Shown here: positions 14,548 through 28,538 of the stretch, piece after piece | Layout: each line of letters begins with the position of its first letter | How positions within the stretch are numbered: the stretch's first letter is position 1 | Origin: the human T2T-CHM13v2.0 reference genome, Homo sapiens | Direction: 5' to 3' (one strand) | Length of the DNA: 64,000 nucleotides | Assembly (NCBI RefSeq): GCF_009914755.1 | Contig: NC_060929.1 | The notes under the pieces: model-generated | What the model was told of the DNA's origin: nothing | Databases searched by the model: none | The model's input: only the letters and a program-made list of their open reading frames with translations | Made by a program: the position numbers and the translations under genes

Positions 14548-14999
14548 TTTCATGCGCGTCCATGTGAAGAGACCACCAAACAGGCTTTGTGTGAGCAACA
14601 TGGCTGTTTGTTTCACCTGGGTGCAGGCGGGCTGAGTCCGAAAAGAGAGTCAGGGAAGGGAGATAGGGGTGGGGCCGTTTTATAGGATTTGGGAAGGTAA
14701 TGGAAAATTACAGTCAAAGGGGGTTGTTCTCTGGTGGGCAGGGGCGGGGGTCACAAGGTGCTCATTGGAGGTGCTTTTTGAGCCAGGATGAGCTAGGAAA
14801 AGGACTTTCACAAGGTGATGTCATCACTTAAGGCAAGGACCAGCCATTTACATTTCTTTTGTGGTGGAATGTCATCAGTTAAGGTGGGGCAGGGCATATT
14901 CACTTCTTTTGTGATTCTTCAGCTACTTCAGGCCATCTGGGCGTATATGTGCAAGTCACAGGGGATGCGATGACTTGGCCTGGGCTCAGAGGCCTGACA
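14548..14999 (-). promoter_or_regulatory. HERV-H 5' LTR (LTR7, probably LTR7up-like) promoter
   Basis: Starts TGTCAGGCCTCTGAGCCC. TATAAAA at 14678-14684 (-). Two ACAAAAGA motifs (14855-14862, 14905-14912). GC/GT boxes present. Confidence 0.93.
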
Positions 15000-15261
15000 G
15001 ACTGTTTATGAACTAATAGGAATTTGAAAAATGTTTGGATTTTAATGATATTGAGATGCAAAGACCTTGGAGAGTTTTCGGCAGAGAAATGACATAGGAC
15101 ATACACATTTGATATCTCATGATCAGATTCTATATGAAAAATACATTATATGGTCAAGAATGTATATGGGAAGACAAGTTAGGACACCGTTGTCATGGTT
15201 AAGTCAAGGCTAAGTAGACAGTATTGAAATGATGGCCAGAATTCTTTATTCAATGTGTTCA

Positions 15262-15822
15262 GAATCATCTTTCTGAAAGAAAATCAAAATTTGTTCTTGT
15301 CATTGTTTTGCTTAAACTTCCTCACTAACCTTTCATTTTCCTCAATATTAAGTTAAAATTTTCCAACAAATATTTCAGGGACATTTATTACCTGCTCCGT
15401 GTTTGCCCCTTGTCATGTCTTTAGGACACCAGTAACAGACTTAAATTAATTTCATGTATCAAAAAACCTTTTTTCTGTACTTTCCCAGATGATTTTATCC
15501 TATTTAGCAAATACTCATTCTGTTCATTCCATCTCTGTCATCAATTTACTTGGCAAATTTCTACATGTCCTCAGGTCTTAACTTAAATGTAACTTCTTCC
15601 GGAAAGTCCTTCATCAGCTTATCTACCATATTACAAACTGCTCTGTGGTTTTCATAGCACCTTGCGTTCTGCTTTTTGACATGGATTAGGCTTTATTTTT
15701 ATTTCCTTTTTTACTTCACTCCCTTAGTGGCTGACATTTTCTCTCTATTTCACCAGAATTTTATTCCATAGCTTTTGAACAGTTGCAGGCACTTAGTAGA
15801 AAAAATTGTTAAACAAGTAAAT
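15262..15822 (+). mobile_element. L2 3' end
   Basis: aatcatctttctgaaa...ctcaggtcttaacttaaatgtaacttcttccggaaagtccttc...ggcacttagtag...tgttaaacaagtaaat. Confidence 0.65.
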
Positions 15823-15901
15823 ATGTATCCCCATATTTGGTTTCCTATAAATTTCCATCAAACTGGATTTTTATTCTATACAGAATAAGGATACCACTAT
15901 T

Positions 15902-16241
15902 TGTCTTAGGTTGAGCTGCTATAACAAATTACCAAAAACTGGGTGGTTTAAACAAGAAACAAATATTTCTCACTGTTTTGGAGGCTGAGAAGTTCAAGTT
16001 GAAGGTACCAGTAGATTTGTTACCAGGTGAGGGTCTTCTTTCTGGTCTGAAAATGGCCTTCTCATTGTATTCTCAAATGGCCTAATGAAAATCATCTCTC
16101 TCATGTTAATTCTTATTAGGGCACAAATTCCATTCATGAGGGTTCCATCTTCATGACTTAATCACCTCCCAAAACCATCACATTGGGAGTTAGTATTTTA
16201 ATATATGAATTTTGGGAGGACAAGACATTCAGTCCATAACA
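15902..16241 (-). mobile_element. MLT1A0-like MaLR solo LTR
   Basis: TG...CA ends (tgtcttaggttgagctgctataacaaattacc...cattcagtccataaca) and perfect 5-bp TSD CTATT (15897-15901, 16242-16246). Confidence 0.9.
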
Positions 16242-18009
16242 CTATTTACATTAACATGTGAGATGCTTTTATTTGTTTTTTATATCCACAATTAATTGAT
16301 CAAGACATGAATCATTAGCTTTTAAATGCTCTGTTATCCTGTTCTCTTTTATTAAAGTTATTTGTTCTCTAGCTACAGATGACTATTATGTGCTAATATA
16401 ACTTTAAAATATTCACTTTCTCAGATATGCCTTATACCATTTATGCTCTATATGCATATCTTTTATTTAATTAGAGAGTCTTACTGAAATGTTGGCCAAG
16501 TAATGCCATAAAATATTTTATATTAAATATTTTTGGTTGAAGAAATATAAGACAGAATTGTTGGCCCAGGTAAGCGCTGAACACAAGGTTTTATTTAACA
16601 AAAGACAAAAAAATGGTCCCAATATTAAAAGAAGATGATTTAAAAATCATTTTCCTTAGTCTGTCTTGTATTTTGAAAAGAATTTATGGGAAAAAAATGG
16701 TGAATCTGTAAGTCCTTTTTGTTCCTACTAGATGTATCACACCACAAGATGTATGTGTGCTAAACCACAGCTATTATTAATTAGGAATTATTTCGGTCAC
16801 TCTGAGAATTCCCACAGATGTTTGACTCTGTTTACTGATTGTTCGCATGTTTGTTTTCTTCCTACTCCCTTTGAGAAGCAAGCAGAGGCTCCTGAGATGT
16901 CACCAATCTAAAATGATTTGAAGAATAGCCTAGTTTTATCAGCTCTACCATTATTGCTTTAGAGAAAACTGTAACCCTGAGAATCTTTTGCTTAAAATTT
17001 CCTGAGTTTAGAACAAAAGAAAGAATGAGGAAAATAGGACATCGTGTTTCCTATTTTAACTATAGTTTTCTTATTTATGAGCCCCAATTTGAAAGCTTGC
17101 AAATTTAAATGTGCAGCAAAAAGTCAATTCTACATATGCTGGGAAAGTTAGGAGTGAAAATTCTTCATTCAGCAATTCAAATCAAGCCAGAAGCCATTCT
17201 AGAAAGGAAATCACATTTTAAATTCTTTTATTTGAAATTTCTCTGTTTGTATACAGATGTAGCCCTGATTGAATGGGACTTATTTTTGAATGAGAGTATA
17301 CCCTAAGTTACTATTTTTCCCTTTGTTCTCTTCCAATGCTATGGAGGCACTGACTAATTTGGCAATTACTAGTACAGACAAATATACTCTAAAATTCTAT
17401 CATTTAAAGTAAAAAAAAATATATGTACTTGAGCTCTCATTATTCTGTTTCAAGACTGCTATGTTAGAAAAACAGTTATTTCCTGCTTTGTCCCCGTTTA
17501 TAAATTGTGTGAATGAATATGAAATCACACACCTCCTTTAGTTTCAATTTTTGACTCACTGAATAATCTATTACTTTTTATTATTATAAATGTCCAAATA
17601 AAGTTATCTTATTTTTCTGTAAATTCCTGAGTTGAAAATAACATACACATATATAGTTTTAGATAAATTTCTCGTAGTGACTATTTAGGTTTATTCAAAA
17701 TATAAGAATATTTAATAATAGCTTATGTACAATTATCCTAGTAGGGTGAATTACAGAATGTATCTTTCTTTCAGATTTTGTTAGGGCTTTTGAAACTTTT
17801 CTGTTTCCAAGCTATCTGCTATAGTGATAGAGAGAAACATTTGGTCACATGAAATTTGTTGAGAGGGTCATTGCCAAAAACCAGTCGTGACAGTCCATGT
17901 TAAATGAATGAATATATTCCCCAATATTGTAGTTTTGTATCATAGCAATATTATAGTTTATTTTTAAAAGGTTAATATAACATTCTTTCTGTATTAATAA
18001 TCTGTAATA

Positions 18010-19800
18010 AATTTTATTGAAATTTATTCACTATAAATTCACCCACTTTAAGCGTACAATTTATTTTTATAAATTCATAAAATATATATATTATTTTGTA
18101 AATTTATAGAATTCTCTAATCATCCCCACAATCCAGTCTTATAACATTTCTATAACCACAAAAAGTTCCATCATCCCTGTTTGCAGTTACTCCGTGCTCT
18201 AGGCAAATATTAATTTACTTTCTTTCTCTAAAAATTTGCTTTTTCTGAACATTTCATTCAAGTAAAATTATATCACATGTAGTCTTTTGTGTCTGTTTTC
18301 ATCCATCGTGCATAACATTTTTGAGGTTCTTCCATATTATCGCATGTACTTTGTTCATTTTTAATGTTGACTAATACAGTATTGTACTGTAGGGATATTA
18401 CAATATCTTGTTTATGGACTTACAAGCTGATGAACACATGGATTATCTTCAGTTTGGGGCTATTAGGAAGAATACTGTTATAAGCACTTGCATACTTATC
18501 TTTTGGTGAATGTATGTTTTTATTTCTCATGGGTAGAATTCTAGAACTAGAATTGTTGGTATAGGTTAAGTTTATGTTTAAGTTTTAAGGATATGCTAAC
18601 TTTCTAGATTGGTTGTATCATTTTTCATACCCACCAGTGATATTTGTTGAAAATATAAAGAAATTGAAATACTCAAATGCTGCTTGTGAATATGAAAAAC
18701 AACTTTATTTCACCTTCCTTTTTGAAGAAAAATTTATCTCGATATTGATTATTGGTTAACAGATTGTTTTGAATATGTCATTTACGCCACTACACTGTCT
18801 CTGGTCATGCTGTTTCACGCAAAAAGGCAGCTGTTAAACGTGATGATCCCTTCCCCCAGCCTCCTCCCCTACCATGTAATCAGCTGTTATTCTCTTTCTG
18901 CTTTCAATATTTTCTCTTTGACTTTGACTCTCAATAACTTGACTATAATGAGTTTAGTTATGAATCTCTATTTTTCCTACCTGAGGTTTCAATTTTTTTT
19001 TTGAATGTGTAGATTAGTAGTTTTCATCAAATTTGGCAAAGTTTTGATGGTTACTTCTTCCAGTAACTTTTCTTCCTTGTCTCTCTCTCCTTTCTCCTGA
19101 GATCATCATTAAATATATGTAGATATAGTTGAAATTGTCTCATAGATCTGTGAGACTCAGTTAACTTTTCACCAAGTTTTTTGTCTTTATTCTTCAGATT
19201 GGATAACTTATTTTGATCTGTCTTTAAATTGAACAATTCTTTAGTGTGGTACCTTAAATCTACTGTTGTGCACGTACAGTAAACTTTTAATTTTAATTTT
19301 TTTTCAACTCTGGAATTTCTATTTAGTTCTTTTCGTAGTTTTTCTCTCCCTATTAAGAATTCCTCTGTGTAAATTTATTGTTGTCAAACTTTAATTATTT
19401 AAGCATGTCTTCTCTGTCTTTTTAATATATTTATAATAGTGTCTTCACAGTATTTATCTGCTAAACCCAACACTTGAGGAAACTCAGAGACAATCCTATT
19501 TAATGTAATATTTTCCTGAATATGGGTAGCACTTTATTTTTTCTTTGTACATTTCAAAAATTTTAGTTGAACACTGGACATTTCTAATATTTTGTTGTAG
19601 AAACTCTGGATTCCGATAATTTTTTTCTCCCTGAAAATTGTTGTTTTCTCTTTGTTTAATAACTAGCCTTGGCTAAATCTATGAAACCTATTTCTCATGT
19701 AGTATGCGGTCAGTGCCACATATTGGCTGAGTTATTTGACTATATTTCCCTTTATTCTTATACATGACTGTTGGGCTTACTCTTATATCTTTGTAGTTGA
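18010..19800 (-). mobile_element. Old L1M fragments (3'UTR, then ORF1-like region)
   Basis: aaattcacccactttaagcgtacaatt and catacccaccag 3'-end motifs; T-rich antisense ORF1-like sequence from about 18.7 kb. Confidence 0.7.
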
Positions 19801-20269
19801 GTATTCAGCCAATGATGGAATACAGTGGACCCAAATATTTTCGAATTTTTAGAAGTTTAATATATTAGTACTCAACTAATTGTTGTTTAGATTAATACAG
19901 GAAATTCCTAACAAAATTATTATTATTGTTGTTATAATATGAATTTACAGTAACATAAAATAAAAAAAATTTTCTCTGTCACCCTAAGGTTAAATAATAT
20001 TTTATTTTTAGGTTTCCATTTTTTGAATGACTACAAAATATTTCCATTTCTTCTGGTCATTTTTATCACTTTATATCAAACTGCATGATCTTGATATGTA
20101 GATGAATAGAAAAGATCTAATTTATGTCAAATACAAATAGTACATGCCAATATCTTCCTAATAAGTGCATTTCTGCAATAGTAATTTTCAAATATCTGTA
20201 ACTAATAATTAAAATCTATATGAAAGGGGAAATATCAGTAATTGATAATCATATATTTCAGAGTAGTTT

Positions 20270-20557
20270 CTCACAAATGATTAGAGACCTCATGTAGAGA
20301 GAAAGAGAAAGGGAGGGTCAACTGGCAGTCAGAACCAACATTCTTGACATGGGATTGATATTTTTGACTGCCTAGTCCCAGAAGAGTCCCAATCAAATAA
20401 ATATAGGGCCATGAATGAGCTCAGGCCAGTCCAGCTTTAGAACAACCACACTAAACAGCTTAACTTGCAAACTGATAAGCAAATACTGAATTCTTGTTAT
20501 TTTTTAAGGAATTACATTTAAGATAAGTTTTTATGCAGTATTAGATTGCTAATCCAG
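20270..20557 (+). mobile_element. Old MLT1-family LTR fragment
   Basis: MaLR-like 3' end ttcttgttatttt...ttatgcagtattagattgctaatcca. Confidence 0.45.
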
Positions 20558-20846
20558 TTTGTCTCTTAAATAGAAATTGTCACTCATGAAGAAACCCAAA
20601 TGGAATGTTTAAGTTGTGCTTTAAAGAAGAAAACTAGTATATATATATATAGAAAGGCAACTCCATTTTTATGAATAACAAACATATCAATTACAACTAC
20701 AATTGATTGAGTTATCTCCATTTAAACTTTAAAGGGGAATTACATAATACATATACTCATGACTATCTTGAAATATTTGGAAAATCATAGAAGAGTACGT
20801 ACTGAATATGTCATAAAAATCCTACTAGTATAATTAAAGTTACTTA

Positions 20847-21378
<532 letters not shown>

Positions 21379-21506
21379 CTACTCCTAGACAAGGTGAAGA
21401 AGTTGCATTCAAACAACACTGTTTAAGTGACCTGGCAGGAAGTGATCCAGGTTATTTAATTCCCTCGAATTATTCCTCCTTTCTCTCATCTTTTGCCAGT
21501 GTTTCC

Positions 21507-22841
21507 TGATGTGATTTGGCTGTGTTCCCACCCAAAATCTCATCTTGAATTGTAATCCTTGCAATCCCCATAATCCCCATGCATCAAGGGAGAGACCAGG
21601 TGGAGGTAATTGAATCAAGGGGACGGTTTCCTCATGCTGTTCTCATGATAGTGAGTTCTCACGAGGTCTGATGGTTTTATAAGGGGGTCTTCTCCCTTTG
21701 TTCAGAACTTCTTCCTGCTGCCTTGTGAAGAAGGTGGCTTGATTCTCCTTCACCTTCCACCATGATTGTAAGTTTCCTGAGTCCTCCCAAGCCATGCTGA
21801 ACTGTGAGTTAATTAAATTTTAAAGAAATAAAATTTTCTTTATAAATTACCGAGTCTTGGGCAGTTCTTTACAGCAGTACATAAATGGATGAATATATTA
21901 CAGCCTAGTGGAGCTGTGAGAAGAGGGCCACCATCCTACAGACCCCAGAATGGTAGATCTGTCCACAGCTTGTACCATGTGCTTGGAAAAGCCACAGACA
22001 CTTAATGCCAGCCTGCAAAAGCAACCAGGAGTGGGCCTGTACCCTGTAAAGTCATAGGGGCGGAGCTGCCTAAGACCATGAAAACCAGCCTCTTGTATCA
22101 GTGTGACCTGGATGTGAGACATGGAGTCAAAGGAGATCATTTCAGAGCTTTAAGATTTGACTGTCTTGCTGGATTTTGGACATGCATGGGGCCTGTAGTC
22201 CCTTCATTTTGGCCAATTTCCCTTATTTGGAATGGATGTATTTACCAAATGCCTGTACCCCCATTGTATCTAGGAAGTAACTAACTTGCTTTTGATTTCA
22301 CAGGCTCATAAGCAGAAGGGATTTGCCTTGTCTCAGATGAGACTTTAAACTTTTACTTTTGGGTTAATGCTGAAATGAATTAAGACTTTGGGGGACTATT
22401 GAGAGGGCATGATCGGCTTTGAAATATGAAAGGGACATGAGATTTGGGAGGGGCCTGGAATAGAATGATACGGTTTGGCTGTGTCTCCACCCAAATTTTA
22501 TCTTGAATTGTAATTCTCATAATCCTCATGTGTCAAGGGAGAGACCAGATGAAGGTCATTGAATTATGGGAACGGTTACCCCCATGTTGTCCTCATGATA
22601 GTGAGTGAGTTCTCATGAGATCCAATGGTTTTATAAGGGCCTGTTCCCCATTTGCTCAGCACTTCTCCTTCCTGCTGCCGTGTGAAGAAGGAGCCTCGCT
22701 TCCCCTTTGCCTTTTGCCATGATTATGTTTCCTGAGGCCTCCCTAGCCATGCTGAATTGTGAGTCAATTAAAACGCTTTCCTTTATAAATTACCCAGTCT
22801 TGGATAGTTTCTTTACAGCAGTGTGGTAGTAGACTAATACA
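21507..22841 (+). mobile_element. THE1D-like MaLR element: two LTRs (21507-21897, 22466-22841) with only about 570 bp of internal sequence
   Basis: Both LTRs start tgat..g.tttggctgtgt.. and end ..aata.a. Internal part matches the THE1-int 3' region. Near-TSD TTTCC/TTGCC. Confidence 0.9.
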
Positions 22842-25349
22842 TTGCCCCTTAACCAAATCCAACATGAAGCTTAAAAGCGAGAACTATTTAATGTAGTCCA
22901 TTCATAGTACCCAGAGCAAAGGAATAAATTTGATCTGAGGGGAAAATTAAAGACATCTAGCACTGAGGTCTATTCAGCTTTTTATTTTATTTTTAACACA
23001 AACAAAAACTGCTATCCTAGTTCGTATTTCAAAGAGGTTACTTTATACAACACTATGCAATTATACTCTAAGGATAAGCAATGTTCAGTTTCATAATTTC
23101 TATATAGCTTTATTGCTGTCTACATCCCAGACTACTCACGTTACCAATTTACTTTTCTTCTTTAAACACCTCTTTAGATATGTATGTGAATCAGATATTT
23201 TGTCACTGGGTGGTTAGAGATTATCATAATAAAAGCAGCAAGTAAATGACATAAGTTACTTTTAAGCAAGATAAATCCAATTATTCTTAATGATAGAACC
23301 TGTAGAAAGATAAACATTAATGAAAGACTTCTAAAATATGCAGTAAATTGATCTAGAAAAGTATAAGTGTTTCTCCATCATAAAATTTAATACAATAGAG
23401 TAATTATTAAAAAAATTACACATAACTTAGGTTCTAACACCCAAATATCTGTTTAGATGTTTTGCTTTCATAACGTGTGCAAGAATTGTTACATGTGAAA
23501 TATAGCTGGCTAACATTTCAAACTTCATCTCTCTTTGTATGCTTTTATTCAATATTTCATTTACTCATTAATTTTTTTATAAATATTAAGTGCCTTCTAG
23601 GTGTCAAGGAATTTTCAGGTGCTTACAAAATCAAAGCCTACCTTCAGGGAATTCATTTCTTTTCAAGTTTTTCAAAAGTAACTGAGTTTCTGACTATCAA
23701 TTTTGGAAAGCTTTCTGTCATATTATTATACATTTTATTGTATCAATGATAGCACATGTTAAACTTTCATTGTGTTTTTATATTTCTCTGCTTGGTTCAA
23801 ACATGCAGGTTGCAGGGCCTCAGAAAACGGTTCACTGGGGATTAATTCTAAAATATTACAGCTGTCAACAGACTGTTTAATGTGTGCATGTGTGTGTGTC
23901 AGACAAAGAAAGGGAAAGAGAGAGAGAAAAAAAAAACAAGAATCTATGGGTGGAGAGGTATCTTAGGGTGTTGTACCTAATTATTTTCATATAAGTTTTG
24001 GGCAATTTTATCAATATGTATTTTGAAATGTTGATTTGTAAGTACTTAAATTATGTTATCTTTATTGCCTCTAGAGCCCTTTCCTTTCTTGTCGTCTATA
24101 TAGTCCTAGAAACATCTTTTAAAATTAATTTATATTCACTAAATAGATTACTTTTAGGGATTTGTGATAAAAATGACTAAAGTTTTCAGTTTAAAATGTC
24201 ATATCCAAAGATTTGTCATAAAAACTTAGAACACCGTTCTCTAAAAGTAATTTAATTGTTAATTTATCAAAGATGGCAAACTCGTTAGTTGTTTCTAGCA
24301 TAATTTGATCAGTACCTCTTTTAGTGTAGCACACTCTTCCTATAATTGTAAACATATAGTTAAGTTATTCATAAATGAGTGATTTAAGAACAAAATATCA
24401 AGGTAATTTAATCATAAACTATAAAGTCATGATTTGTAAAACTTAAAAATGCTTTTAGAACCTTCTAATCATTTAAAGCCATAGAAATTTGATGCTGATT
24501 CTAGGTAGCACACTGCTTACTGATGCATTTCCTCGGCTCTCTGATGGAACATCTCTACCTGTGATGTTGCATCTGTTCATAAGTAAAGTTGGAAGAGTCG
24601 AAGATTAGGTGACATTAGAAAATGACCAGAAGGAAAACGAACAAATGAGTCTTAGAAACTTTGTCTAAAAGCAATGCTATGCTCTTTCTCCATAAATTTC
24701 TCTTTGATTCTGGTTAACAGTATTTTGTCAACTCAGTGGCCCATTCCAATTAAAAATAAAAAGCAATGTAGCTTTGGGTAGATTTCTACCTCAGGCCACT
24801 GCAGAAGATAGATAGTAAAATTTAATACAATAGTAAAATTCACATGTAACAATTCTTGTACACATTTTGAAAGCAAAACATCTAAAAAGGTATTTGAATG
24901 TAAGAACCTAAGATATGTGTAATATTTTCCAATAGTTACTTTATCATATTAAATTTTACTTTGTTACACAAAGAAGATATCGGCTTAGGGTATCTTCTTT
25001 CTCTCTGTGCTTTGAGAATGCGATTTGAAATTTGAAATAGATATTTTTGTCTAACCCCACAAGTCTACAGGCAAGACATAAATAATTTTACAAAAATTAT
25101 ATTCCAAAAAGGGGTCATCGTGCATAAAGTATGGATTATCTATCATAGAGGAACAAATCTTGAAACCAATATATTGTATATATATGTAAGGAGGCTTTAG
25201 ATAAGTTTCAGTTTTTGTTTGCTTTGTTTTGTTTTTGTTTGTGTCTTCCAGGACTATGGTACCATTGTTCCCTTCCAATTCCTTCCTTGTGTAGTCCATC
25301 ACTGAAGAAAAGAAGTACTGGATATCAAACTAATTTGGTACCATTTATT

Positions 25350-26586
25350 AGGAAGAATATGCTATCTTTATTGTGTTTCAGTGTATGACTTTACAGCATT
25401 GTTTTCTTCATGTACTCTTTTCTGTGCCATTGGTCAATATATAACTGCACGATCATACTGTAATAGTAATCTAGCTTTACAATAGGTCAATTGGTATTAT
25501 AAATCCTCCAGATTTGTGCTTTAATCATCTTGAATATATTTAAGTCCTTGCACTTATAATAATTACAGAATAAAATGGTTAACTCTCAATGAAATTTTGC
25601 TTGATATATCAAGTTTATAGATGAATTTATTTAAAACGGAAATGTTTACAACAGTCAATTCATGATTAAGGTAAATCTCTCCACTGATTTTAGTCTTTAT
25701 CTTCTTCAATAACATAATTTCATTTTAAAGGTAGACTTCTAATTATTCTTGTTTGCAGTGTCTTCTTAATGCTATTGTAAATACATGTATTTTTTACATT
25801 TCATTTCCATTTGTTTTCTGCTGGCAGATAATAATAAAACTTATTTTGTCTACCTTGAATACAGAGATCTTGCTAGAACAGGTTAATCCAGATAGAATGG
25901 TAGGTACATTATTATTTTATTTGCAAATGATCCTTATACCTTTGTATTTTCACACTTGCCTTGTGTCTAATTATAGGCTGAAACTGCCAATAGTTCAGCT
26001 TAGAGAATGATGTTTGTGATAGTTGCATTTATTTATTTATTTGCTTCTTTATTCATTTATTCATTCATTTAATGTTTGTAGGAGATACATTTTGCTAAAT
26101 ATAATTTTTAATTATACAATTTTTAAAAAAAATTCAATGCTCTTTTCCAACACATATTAAAGTGATCATATAATATTTTTCTGTACATATTTAGATTAAG
26201 ATGTATTCAGGGTAAAAGTCCTCTGGGTAATATTTGTATTTTGAATATCTACTCCAGTCATATGACCTGCCTAAATTTATGGTGACCTCACTATTAATAA
26301 ATGTAGTATTTTGATTTTTTTAAACACTAATGGAATAAAGCTTTAATTAAAAAATAACAAAATAAATACCACTTGGCTATGATATATTGGCCTTTTCATA
26401 CATATCAATGTTCCATTTATTTATATTTTGCAAACTTTTTAATCTTGCTTCTTGAGAAAGATTGGTCTAAAATTTTGCTGTCTTGAATGCGCTTATAAAG
26501 TTTTTGAATTAAGGCTATTATGGCCTCAAGAAGAAGCCAATAGCTTTTTTTTTTCTTTACTAAATATGTCATCTGTGCCTTGATTT

Positions 26587-26622
<36 letters not shown>

Positions 26623-27910
26623 AGGAGCTTTTTGTACTGAATTTAATTAATAGATACTAGATAGATACTAGATTATTCTTCTATCAGATGGATACATTAT
26701 AATTTTTTTAGAAATATGCCTCTTTTATTATTTTAGTAGCATATTTTATTGTTTCCCTTTCCGTAGCCTTGGAGAGCTGTGTCCAGATTTCCTCTGAAGG
26801 CTTTTCTTAGCATTCCCTCGCTGCCCTCAGCCCTCTTCATGCCTCTGCACCTGTGCCGCAGTGTGGCTCTCCTTCAGATCTACTTCTGCTCCAGCCTTAT
26901 GTACTCTCTCCAGGTTTCTCCTGATTTTGCAGTCCTGAATTAGTCCTCAGCAGGATATGCTGGCCCACACCTCAGCAACCTTTTCTCAGTTTGTGGTCTC
27001 AGTTTGGCCACAAACTTCCATTAGACTAGGCAGTGAAGGCCAAGAGTTGGCAAGTTGTGCACATTTTATTTACGTCTGTGGATCCTTAGGATTCTACAGC
27101 TTCATGTCAGAACACAGTTGGTCATTAAAAATGCATAGGGAGTTCGGCTGGTTCCTTCTTATCTCCTTTGACTTCTGCCTCCTCCCCGAGCTGCTCAGCC
27201 AGGGATGAAAGCAAACGTGTGCCATTTCTTTTGCTTTCTCTCCTTACTCTTAAAATTTACATTATTTAGTATTCTCTGCATCCTCAGGCCCATTATGGGG
27301 TTAGAATGGTAGGTTTTATAGGTTATTCTCATTATTCAGAGCCAAGGTTTTTTATTTCTTTCTACTTCCTAAGTTGAAACAAAAGTTCTCAGTCTACTTT
27401 TAAGCTTTTCTTTCTCCTTTTTTCCTTTGGCAGTCAGCAGTTTTGCTTGGTTTGGTTTGGTTTCCTGCCCATAGGTATGGCTCTATTTGTTTATCTTGGT
27501 TGGTGTTTCTCTGCTGTATTCATATGTTGAATTTCTTGTATTTGCAGACTGTTGTTTTTCCTTATTTATGTAGAATTCTCAATCATTATTCTTTTAAATT
27601 TTATTTTTGCCCCATACAGTCTCTCATTTCTGGAATTCCATATATATGTATGCTAGAACTTCTTAACACATCTTGCATGCTTCTCACTCTGTTCTTTTCT
27701 TTTCTTCTCTTTTCTTTTCCTTTGTGCTTTCCTATGGGTATTTTCTATTACCCTATCTTTAAGTTGCAAGGTTCTGTGTTCTGGGGTATCTGAAATGTTG
27801 TTAAACTCACCCGTCTTGTTCATAATTTCAGATATTTTATGATTCAGTCCTGTATTCATTTTTTGATATTGCAATTTTCTGTTGAAACTCTTAGTCATTT
27901 TTTCTGTAAA
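25350..27910 (-). mobile_element. Scattered ancient L1M fragments
   Basis: T-rich antisense L1-like tracts. ORF 27653..27898 (-) resembles an L1 ORF1 coiled-coil. Boundaries vague. Confidence 0.45.
26588..26619. repeat. Poly(T) tract (~32 nt)
   Basis: Seen directly. Confidence 0.9.
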
Positions 27911-28042
27911 GTGCCAGCCTCCTATTTCATCCTCTGACTTAGAATGCTTTAACCGTCTGGAAATGCAATCCAGTAGATCTCAGCCTCATTTTCCCCAGCC
28001 CCTATTCAAGATGGAGTCACTTTGGCTCACATGCCTCTGACA
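27911..28042 (-). mobile_element. MER41 LTR, 5' ~130 bp only
   Basis: Minus strand TGTCAGAGGCATGTGAGCCAAAGTGACTCCATCTTGAATAGGGGCTGGGGAAAATGAGGCTGAGA matches the MER41A/B start. Confidence 0.88.
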
Positions 28043-28433
28043 ATGACAGGTTATGTCATGCCTAGAAGCAGCAGCAGAACACAGAGCAGTGGAGCAAATT
28101 TTATTTTGAAATTATTTAATCTTTTTTGGAATTTTAGTTTTTCCTAGACTGTGCTTCCACTTGTGACTAAAAACATTAAATTTTTATATACACATACATG
28201 TATATAATGGCTTTACTTGTTATCGTATCAGTATTAACCTTGTTATAGATATATTTCTAAACTCAGCTTCCATTTCTGTAAAATGTGAATAATGGTCATA
28301 TTTCTGTAATTAAAAAGTGAGATAATTTATGTAAGATAATTATACACATATATTTCAGGTGGAAAATTTTCAATAAGGAATATCAACTGTTGATTTATAG
28401 TACATTTAAAATTTCAAATTTATATTATACATT

Positions 28434-28538
28434 AAGTAGTTAATTGTCCTGACAATTTTCCAATATCCTAGAGAGTTATAAACATGAAGTAGTTAAATGT
28501 CCTGAAAATTTTCCAGTATCCTAAAGAGTTATAAACAT
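28434..28538. repeat. 53-bp tandem duplication (2 copies, 4 mismatches)
   Basis: aagtagttaattgtcctgacaattttccaatatcctagagagttataaacat repeated. Confidence 0.95.

Larger units (their letters stand above)
9174..14999 (-). mobile_element. HERV-H provirus (common internally deleted ~5.8-kb form) with two LTR7
   Basis: Paired 452-bp LTRs, His PBS, PPT, gag/pro/pol remnants, 5-bp TSD GACTG at 9169-9173 and 15000-15004. Confidence 0.98.

Noticed and set aside
13556-14685. Overlapping 60-196-aa ORFs on both strands
   Set aside because: Low-complexity HERV-H leader repeats; only the MGKIPPS.. part is a gag remnant.
23858-23867. CAGCTGTCA E-box/MEIS composite motif
   Set aside because: A single short motif without conservation data is uninformative.
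24970-25000. 10-bp stem hairpin (also 6757-6777 and the AT palindrome at 30970-30989)
   Set aside because: Short AT-rich stems near chance expectation with no supporting context.
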